Assembly (NCBI GenBank): GCA_938084645.1
Contig: CALKEP010000059.1
Span: 1-22,934, forward strand
DNA length: 22,934 bases
Reading direction: 5' to 3'
Origin: an uncultured Phycisphaerales bacterium
Lineage (GTDB): Bacteria; Planctomycetota; Phycisphaerae; Phycisphaerales; SM1A02
Every line of letters starts with the position of its first letter. The stretch's first letter is position 1. The notes under the pieces were generated by a model. It saw nothing but the letters and a program-made list of their open reading frames with translations. It ran no database searches and had not been told where the DNA came from. The translations under genes were made by a program, and so were the position numbers. Shown here in pieces: positions 16,388 through 22,934 of the stretch.

Positions 16388-18103
16388 ATGATGCCGCTGC
16401 GATCAAGATCTCGACTCGACGTCCTCGGGTGTGGATGGCTGGTCTTCGTGTCCTCGCTCTCGCTCTCGATCTCGCTCTCGACGTCGGCCGGCGGCGGACA
16501 GGACGCCCGGGATGATTCGGCCGCGAAGGCGGACGCGAAGACCGAACCACCGAAGGTCGAAATGGCCTTTCGCGGCCTGCACGGCTACATCGGCAGCCAC
16601 GCCGGCGCGAGTCCCGAGACCCACCGCTACGGCGCGGGGTTCCATGCCTCGGTCTGGTCGTTGATCGATCGACCGATCCGGAACTTCCAGATCGGTCTGC
16701 CCTCGACCTGGATCACGCCCGACAACAGCGACAACCGCACCGAGCCGCTCTGTCCGCCGGGGACCATCGCCCGCGACAACTGGCCGGAGCGCGGACCGAC
16801 CTACGGAAGCGTCTTCCAGACCATGGAGGGCGGCCTCGGCTACTGGGCGGGGAACCGTTTCCACTACGGACCGCCGAAGTTCAGCCTGAACGCGACGCCG
16901 AACTGCTACAGCACCGAGGTCGCCTCGCCGGGCTGGCCGTTCTTTCACAGCAGCGAACCGCTCGCCGACGACATGCTGGGCATCGCCCAGGTGAGCAATC
17001 GACTCCTGATTCCACCCGACGGACTGACCTTCGAGGGGAATCCGATGGGCGAGCTGCTCGGATACGCGTGGATGGCGCTGCCGTTGACCGAGCCGCGGGA
17101 TGATCCGCAGCCCACCGGCGACCAGAGCTGGACGATCTTCCTCGACGCCGCGAACTTCAAGGGCCCGCTCGCCTACTACCTGCCCGAATGCTGGAGTCGG
17201 ATCTCCCGCGACTTCCCGTTCGACCACGGTCGGTGTCTTGACGCGCGTCCCGCCTCGGGTGGCACCGCCGGTTCGATGGAGATCAACACCGTGCCCGAGT
17301 TCCGGGTGACGACCGAAGGCGGCGAGACCTTCGCGAAGATTCCGCAGTTGCAGTTCCCCGTCGACGACGAGGGACGCACCGTCCTGGTCCGCGACGTCAC
17401 GATGTATTCGAAGGCGGCCCTGTACGACGACGTCCTGCGCTGGCGGAAGGGCGGACCCGCGCCGAGTGGCGCCTTCAGGACGGAAGGCGCGATGAAGCCC
17501 GACGTCGGGACGAGACCCGTCACCTACCGCCAGGACGAGAAGAAGATCACCGGCGTCAATCGGCTGGCGACCCCGACGGTGTTCCCCGGCAACGTCTTCG
17601 GGCTTCAGTGGAACGATCCGACCGTGATGAAGGACGGGGTGGCCCGCTTCCCGACCTACTTCCGCGACGAGGGTGAGACGCGGGCCCGCATCACCGAGGC
17701 CGACGTCCCGGCGGACACCGGCCTGGTCGAGCAGATCTTCCCCGGGCCGCGACCGAAGCCCGATCCGTATTCGGCGGAACCGCTGAAGGGATCGTGGGCG
17801 TCTCCCGGCCCGAAGGCGGGGCCGTTCGAGACGGTGCTCGCCGACGGCTCGACGGTGCGCTACCACTGGTACCGATTCATCGACCAGCCGTGCTTCCAGC
17901 AGTTCGACTGGACCCAGGCCCAGCGGAACGCGTTGCAGCGGATCATCGTGAAGATGCACCGGCACTGGAAGATCGACGACCAGTACCTTCCGGAGCGAAG
18001 CGGGGGCGAACTCGCGAGCTTCGACCCGGCGCTCTTCGTGACGCCGCCGAAGGGCATGGAACTGGGCCACGTCCCCATCGTGACCTGGCAGGGCATGAAG
18101 TGA
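16388..18103 (+). CDS. Large secreted hypothetical protein (Trp/Pro/Gly-rich)
   Basis: GGGAG SD before ATG 16388, signal peptide, strong GC3 bias. No family recognised. Confidence 0.85.
   Translation: MMPLRSRSRLDVLGCGWLVFVSSLSLSISLSTSAGGGQDARDDSAAKADAKTEPPKVEMAFRGLHGYIGSHAGASPETHRYGAGFHASVWSLIDRPIRNFQIGLPSTWITPDNSDNRTEPLCPPGTIARDNWPERGPTYGSVFQTMEGGLGYWAGNRFHYGPPKFSLNATPNCYSTEVASPGWPFFHSSEPLADDMLGIAQVSNRLLIPPDGLTFEGNPMGELLGYAWMALPLTEPRDDPQPTGDQSWTIFLDAANFKGPLAYYLPECWSRISRDFPFDHGRCLDARPASGGTAGSMEINTVPEFRVTTEGGETFAKIPQLQFPVDDEGRTVLVRDVTMYSKAALYDDVLRWRKGGPAPSGAFRTEGAMKPDVGTRPVTYRQDEKKITGVNRLATPTVFPGNVFGLQWNDPTVMKDGVARFPTYFRDEGETRARITEADVPADTGLVEQIFPGPRPKPDPYSAEPLKGSWASPGPKAGPFETVLADGSTVRYHWYRFIDQPCFQQFDWTQAQRNALQRIIVKMHRHWKIDDQYLPERSGGELASFDPALFVTPPKGMELGHVPIVTWQGMK
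16452..16481 (+). repeat. Short 6-nt tandem repeat (CTCGCT-like) inside the signal-peptide coding region
   Basis: ctcgct ctcgct ctcgat ctcgct ctcga encodes S-L-S-L-S-I-S-L-S. Confidence 0.6.
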
Positions 18104-18224
18104 GCCGGCGCCGATGACCGGTGGTCCGGTGTGATGCTCCGGTGTCCGCCGCTTCTTCGCGGCCCGCCGTGATGCGACGTGATGCGGCGCGATTTGATCG
18201 ATCGAGATTCCCTCTGGAAACACC

Positions 18225-19589
18225 ATGTCTGCCTCACCTCATCGCGCCCCTGGATATGTCGAAGGTCGACCCGACGTGGTGGTCGTGGGGGGTGGATTCG
18301 GCGGCGTCAGTTGTGTTCGCGCCCTTCGGCGGGCGAACGCGAACGTGGTGCTCGTCGACCGGATGAATCACACGCTCTTCCAGCCGCTGCTCTACCAGCT
18401 GGCGACCGGCGTGCTTGACGACAGCGCGATCGCGTCACCGCTCCGGCAGGTGTTCGCCCGCCAGTCCAACGTCTCGGTGCTCCGGGCCTCCGTCGACGGC
18501 TTCGACGTCGATCGACGATGCGTGCTGGCCGGTGACCTCGAGATTCCGTGGGACCATCTGGTGCTCGCCGCGGGCATGAAGACCAGTTACTTCGGGAACG
18601 ACCAGTGGGAGGCGATGGCCCCCGGCCTCAAGACGCTCGACGACGCCCACCGGGTTCGGGGTCGGATTCTCGAAGCGTTCGAACAGGCGGAGTACGTCCG
18701 GGTCTGGGGAGAGACCGACGAGGTCCGCCCGTGGCTCACCTTCGTGGTGGTCGGCGGTGGTGCGACCGGCGTCGAGGTCGCGGGGGCGATCAAACAGCTC
18801 GCGGTCGATCGGCTCGCGCCGGAGTTCAAGGATCTCGACGTGGCGCGATGTCGCGTGCTCCTGGTGGAGGGCGGCGACCGGTTGCTGGCCGCGATGTCCA
18901 CGAAGTCGTCCGCCGCGGCGGCGAAGACGCTCCGGTCGTACGGGGTCGAGATCCGTCTCGAGACGAGGGTGGTCGACGTCTCGCCGGAGGGTGTGACGAT
19001 CGAGCAGGGTGGTTCCCGGGAATTCGTCCCCGCTCGCACCGTGGTCTGGGGTGCGGGGGTCGCCGGGAATGCGCTCGGTGCGCATCTGGCCGAAGCGGTC
19101 GGGCTCGAGACCGACCGCGGCGGGCGCCTCGAGGTGTCGGGGGATCTCACGATCGCGGGTCGGGATGACATCCGGGTGATCGGTGACCTCGCGCGAGTGC
19201 CGATCGGCGAGACGGGGGCCACGGTCCCGGGCGTCGCGCAGGGTGCGATCCAGATGGGGACCTATGCGGGTCGGGCGATCGCCGCCCGCGTCGCCGGTCG
19301 CGCCCCGACGAAGAAACCGTTCCGCTACTTCGACAAGGGATCGCTCGCCACGGTGGGTCGCGGAAAAGCGGTGCTCGACATGGGTCGGCTGCACCTCGCC
19401 GGCTTCCTGGGGTGGCTGGTGTGGGCCGCGGTGCACATCGCCTTTCTCGTCAACTTCCGAAGTCGGATCGCGGCGATGGGTTCCTGGGCGTTCGCCTACA
19501 TCTTCCAGACCGGCGTCAACGAGTTGATCACGAAGCCCGCCGCGCCAAGAGCGCCGCTGGAATCGGAATCCGAAGGGTCGTCGACCTGA
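18225..19589 (+). CDS. ndh: Type II NADH:quinone oxidoreductase (NDH-2)
   Basis: VVVGGGFGG, FQPLLYQLATG, GLKTLDDA, VGGGATGVEVAG, WGAGV, IGDLA, PGVAQGAIQMG, YFDKGSLATVGR, WLVWAAVHI. Confidence 0.93.
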   Translation: MSASPHRAPGYVEGRPDVVVVGGGFGGVSCVRALRRANANVVLVDRMNHTLFQPLLYQLATGVLDDSAIASPLRQVFARQSNVSVLRASVDGFDVDRRCVLAGDLEIPWDHLVLAAGMKTSYFGNDQWEAMAPGLKTLDDAHRVRGRILEAFEQAEYVRVWGETDEVRPWLTFVVVGGGATGVEVAGAIKQLAVDRLAPEFKDLDVARCRVLLVEGGDRLLAAMSTKSSAAAAKTLRSYGVEIRLETRVVDVSPEGVTIEQGGSREFVPARTVVWGAGVAGNALGAHLAEAVGLETDRGGRLEVSGDLTIAGRDDIRVIGDLARVPIGETGATVPGVAQGAIQMGTYAGRAIAARVAGRAPTKKPFRYFDKGSLATVGRGKAVLDMGRLHLAGFLGWLVWAAVHIAFLVNFRSRIAAMGSWAFAYIFQTGVNELITKPAAPRAPLESESEGSST

Positions 19590-19695
19590 TCGGCGTTCCT
19601 CGTTCGTCGAATGGGGCTACCGGACGCCGCCGGGCTGGATCGCCGGTCGAAATCGAAGCGTGGCGTGGTTTTCAGTCGGTCCTTCCCGGACCCCC

Positions 19696-19704
19696 TGCTA
19701 GTTT
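19696..19704 (+). promoter_or_regulatory. Possible extended -10 element (TGcTAGTTT)
   Basis: TG-n-TAGTTT about 40 nt upstream of ATG 19744. Confidence 0.35.
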
Positions 19705-19743
19705 GAGGGGCCAGAATCCCACCGACGAATCACGGATGTCCCC

Positions 19744-20991
19744 ATGCCCCTTCGCCTTTCTTCGTTCTTCACCGCGCTCGCCATGCTCCTGATCTTCACG
19801 TCGGCTCGAGCCGACGCGGATGATTCGCGGCGACGCGTGCTGATTTGTGCCGACGTCGCGATGGGGCTCGATTGCACGAACGTGTTCGACAGTCCCCCCT
19901 CGGCGGCCGACCCCGACGACGCCTGGGCGCTTGCATGGGCGTTGAACCATCCCGGGTGGGACGTGGTGGGCGTGGTGGTCTCGTTCGGGAACTGTGCGTG
20001 CGAGACCCCGTCGACGAGTTGCGATGCGCCCGCGCCGGAGCCGGGGCAGGTCCCCTGCGAGATCCTGGATCGCAAGGTCGAGATCACCCGCTGGGTGGTC
20101 GAGGCGTGTGGTCGCGAGACGCCCGTCCATCGCGGCGCTTCAAGACGATTCGCGGTCGACGGTCCCGCACCGGACGGAACGCTCGAAGCGCTCGAGTCGG
20201 TGCTCGCCGATCCCGAGCCGGTGACCATCATCGGGATCGGGCCCGCCACCGATCCGGCGTATCTGGTTCGAGACCTCGCGATGCTGGGTCATCTCGATCG
20301 CGTGGAACGTCTGGTGCTCGAGATGGGACAGATCGGACCCTGGGCCGGGCGGGCGGGATTCCTGATCAACGGGAATCCGGTCTCCGACTACAACTTCCGG
20401 GGCGATCCCGATGCGGCAAGGTGGTTGTTCGAGACCACCGACGAGCTGCCCGAGACGACGCTCGTCCCCTACAACGCGGTCCGCTTCGGCTACATCACCG
20501 AGCCCGGTCTGGACCTGCTGGCCGCGGTGGATCGGGCGACGACCGATCGCGTCGCCGCGGACTCGCGGGCCTGGATCGAGAAGTGGGTGGGAATCTTCGG
20601 CGAGCCCGGATTCCACCTCTGGGATCTCGTCTGCATGCTGGCCGTCGTGGAGGGTGCGGAATTCGACGCCGTTCCGGTCGACGCCTCCATCGAGTGCATC
20701 GATGGCAATCCATCGCTCCAGTTGACCGAGGCGGCACGTGGGGCTCGGATCACCTGCGCCCGGCACCTCGCGGCGATGGGTCCGCCACTGCTCTCGCAGC
20801 CCGTGGTCTTCGCGTCCGCGGAGGCGGCGGCCGGCACCAGTGATCAGAACGTGATTGCGCAGCTCGCCCTCAAGGCATGGCTCGACTGCCCGGTCACCCC
20901 GATCGAGTGCGCCGCCGACTTGAACGGTGATGGTCGCGTCGATGCCGTCGATCTCGGGATGCTGATCGGCATGTGGGGGGTCTGTCCCTGA
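19744..20991 (+). CDS. Secreted nucleoside-hydrolase-fold protein (IU-NH-like) with C-terminal dockerin-like motif
   Basis: Signal peptide; DPDDAWAL, VSFGN, PVHRGA, IIGIGPATD, EMG, YNFRGDPDAA, LWD. C-terminus CAADLNGDGRVDAVDLGMLIGMWGVCP. Confidence 0.82.
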   Translation: MPLRLSSFFTALAMLLIFTSARADADDSRRRVLICADVAMGLDCTNVFDSPPSAADPDDAWALAWALNHPGWDVVGVVVSFGNCACETPSTSCDAPAPEPGQVPCEILDRKVEITRWVVEACGRETPVHRGASRRFAVDGPAPDGTLEALESVLADPEPVTIIGIGPATDPAYLVRDLAMLGHLDRVERLVLEMGQIGPWAGRAGFLINGNPVSDYNFRGDPDAARWLFETTDELPETTLVPYNAVRFGYITEPGLDLLAAVDRATTDRVAADSRAWIEKWVGIFGEPGFHLWDLVCMLAVVEGAEFDAVPVDASIECIDGNPSLQLTEAARGARITCARHLAAMGPPLLSQPVVFASAEAAAGTSDQNVIAQLALKAWLDCPVTPIECAADLNGDGRVDAVDLGMLIGMWGVCP

Positions 20992-21041
20992 CCGAGGTTT
21001 CGACCTTCCGCCCGTTCGCGGGTGAATCGGCGAGTCTGAAC

Positions 21042-21075
21042 GAACACCGCCCGATCCAAGGATCGGGCGGTGTTC
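21042..21075. terminator. Strong perfect hairpin between convergent genes
   Basis: GAACACCGCCCGATC (21042-21056), loop CAAG, GATCGGGCGGTGTTC (21061-21075). No clear U-tract. Confidence 0.65.
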
Positions 21076-21106
21076 AGTCGATCGTGAGCGAGATGCCGTT
21101 CGCGGT

Positions 21107-21628
21107 TCACTCGCTGTAGCCGGCCTCTTCGGGCAGGCCGGCGGAGTCGTAGGCGGCCCACTCGTACTTCAGTTCCGTCTCGTCGTCATTGACGCCCATC
21201 GCGACCATCGCGAAGGTCTCGTCGACGGTGCCGTCCTTGAACGGCGCCTTGAAGTTGACCCACGCGTGGGCGTGCTTGCTTCCGTCGTCGAGGGTCACCA
21301 TCTCGACGATGAGGTTGGTGATCTCGATCGGTCCGGAGAGTTGTTCGTGGAACGCCCGATGTCGATCCGCGAGGATGTCGATCGACTCCCACTCGCCCCA
21401 GGCGTTGTGGCAGAAGTTCGCGTCTTCGGTGAAGCAGGCGCGGTAGGCGTCGATGTCGCCGCTGGCGAAGTCCTTCATCGCCTTCCGCATCAGGGCGACA
21501 CCGTCGCCGGACTGGGTGTAGGCCGCCTTCGAGGCCGCCGGGGCGTCGGTCTTCTGGGCGCTGTCGCAGGCGGCGAGGCCAGCGGCGAGCACGGCGGTGG
21601 AGGCGAGTCGGACGAGTGTGCTGGTCAT
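21107..21628 (-). CDS. Lipoprotein with SnoaL/NTF2-like domain
   Basis: AAGGA SD, ATG 21628, lipobox LAA-C. F.SGDIDAYRACFTEDA.F.HN is typical of SnoaL-like domains. Confidence 0.8.
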   Translation of the reverse strand: MTSTLVRLASTAVLAAGLAACDSAQKTDAPAASKAAYTQSGDGVALMRKAMKDFASGDIDAYRACFTEDANFCHNAWGEWESIDILADRHRAFHEQLSGPIEITNLIVEMVTLDDGSKHAHAWVNFKAPFKDGTVDETFAMVAMGVNDDETELKYEWAAYDSAGLPEEAGYSE

Positions 21629-22048
21629 CGAGATGTTCCTTTCTTCCTGGTGTTGCCGAAGGACGCCGGCCACCCTGGTCGCGGCATCACGGCGGCCGCA
21701 TGGTGAGGGACGACGCGACGGGCGTCCAGACGGCGACAGTCCGTCCACGGCGGCGCGTCGGATATTGGCGGTTTCGGGGCGGGGATCCGGGGGGACTCCG
21801 GGGCATGTCGGGGCGATTGACGTTTCGAATCGGGGTTTCGTCTTTTCCCGCCGCAGGTGGTCAGCCTCGTCGAGTGACCGTGTCCTGACCGGGAAGCCGT
21901 CCACCGTTCTTCAATTCGAGATGCCGACTCCGGGGAGTTCAGAGATGTCTGCTGCACGCGTCGCGACCGGTCCCGATCGGGCTGGTTCGGGCCGCGTTTC
22001 TTCGCCGCCATTCACTCGTTTCGTCACGTCACCCGAAAGGACCTGCCC

Positions 22049-22672
22049 TTGACCACACCCCTTCCCGCCGACGATCTCAATCCGAACATGTGGATCACGC
22101 TTCGTGAGCGGCTCGATGCCGATGGGCGGCCGATCGAGTCCGGCGGCTTCGATGTCGTGACCGGTGGCTCGAACGAGGATGGCGACGATGATTCGAACGA
22201 GGCCACCGTCGTGGCTCGTGGATGCCCGGTTCCTCCCGGCACCCCGCTCCGGCTGCTCGCACCGAGCGTGCCCTACCTCTATGTCGCGGTGCTCGGCCCC
22301 GACGGGGAGGAGGTCGGTCCGGTGATCCTCGACATCCGCAAGCACCCCGTGGTGCGGCTCGACGAGGCGGTCCCGGAAGCGATCCAGCGATTCGCTCGAG
22401 CCCGGGTCCGGAAGGCCCGTCGCCAGGCGGTCCGCGAGGCGGAGGAGAAGGCGATGCAGCGGAAGTACCTCTCGCAGGCGTTCAAGCACGCTGGCGATTC
22501 GAACCCGGAAGGCGGTGCCGGTCCGAGCGAAGCCGATGGTGACGCCCGGGGGCACGTGACCGATCGCCGCCGGGGATCTGGGAAACACCGGAAGCGCGAG
22601 GGCGGTTCCGGTCAGGACGATTCCGGTCAGGACGACGGTCCGGATGCGTCCGACCACTTCGACCTGATGTGA
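22049..22672 (+). CDS. Hypothetical protein with low-complexity Gly/Asp C-terminus
   Basis: GAAAGGA SD before TTG 22049; GC3 bias. Beta-rich core, basic helix, then GQDD repeats. Confidence 0.72.
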   Translation: MTTPLPADDLNPNMWITLRERLDADGRPIESGGFDVVTGGSNEDGDDDSNEATVVARGCPVPPGTPLRLLAPSVPYLYVAVLGPDGEEVGPVILDIRKHPVVRLDEAVPEAIQRFARARVRKARRQAVREAEEKAMQRKYLSQAFKHAGDSNPEGGAGPSEADGDARGHVTDRRRGSGKHRKREGGSGQDDSGQDDGPDASDHFDLM

Positions 22673-22781
22673 GTTTCTCAGGATCACAGGCACTCGACGT
22701 CGTCGGGTCCGGGGCCGTGGCGGCGGACGAATCGTCACGAACCGTCCATCCAATGCACGGTCTGGCCCGGCCCGGCGCGTC

Positions 22782-22829
22782 CAAGTGCCAGTTCAAGTGC
22801 CAGTTCAAGTCCTCGTTCAAGTTCCAGCG
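22782..22829 (+). repeat. Four tandem 12-nt direct repeats
   Basis: caagtgccagtt / caagtgccagtt / caagtcctcgtt / caagttccagcg, intergenic. Confidence 0.75.
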
Positions 22830-22905
22830 ATCAAGAACCTCCTTCTGTCTTCTCCGTTTTCAAACGTCCGTCGTCTTCACCCGATTCGAAAAGAGGCCTT
22901 CCCGC

Positions 22906-22934
22906 ATGACCGCCCAGACGCCCGACCGCATCCG
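22906..22934 (+). CDS. Probable start of next gene (truncated by window edge)
   Basis: AAGAGG SD (22891-22896), then ATG ACC GCC CAG ACG..., open to the end of the window. Confidence 0.45.

Noticed and set aside
16403..18226. 607-aa minus-strand ORF
   Set aside because: Shadow of the 16388-18103 gene, which has an SD, a signal peptide and normal composition.
22782..22829. CRISPR array
   Set aside because: 12-nt period, no unique spacers, no cas genes in the window.

Overview
High-GC bacterial chromosomal segment. It is probably Planctomycetota/Phycisphaerae, inferred from the dockerin-like C-terminal tails, the DUF1080 protein and the many secreted hypotheticals. The left part is housekeeping/metabolic: 3' end of aroE, a hypothetical, an SDR translationally coupled to hslU (no adjacent hslV), a SecDF-head-like lipoprotein, aroC, and a kinase/PLP phospho-lyase fusion. 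The right part is rich in envelope/secreted genes: DUF1080, a tandem beta-barrel protein, a GH81 beta-1,3-glucanase, a CDF transporter, membrane proteins, two NTF2-like proteins, a large unknown secreted protein, NDH-2 and a secreted nucleoside-hydrolase-like protein. The most unusual locus is about 8770-9270. There a promoter-like element precedes a densely base-paired, apparently pseudoknotted ~190-nt non-coding segment ending in a strong terminator. It faces a 78-aa ORF that looks like a stand-alone, degenerate FliA/sigma28-type region-2 domain. No rRNA, tRNA, CRISPR array or transposase was seen. All family calls are from motif recognition by eye, not database searches.
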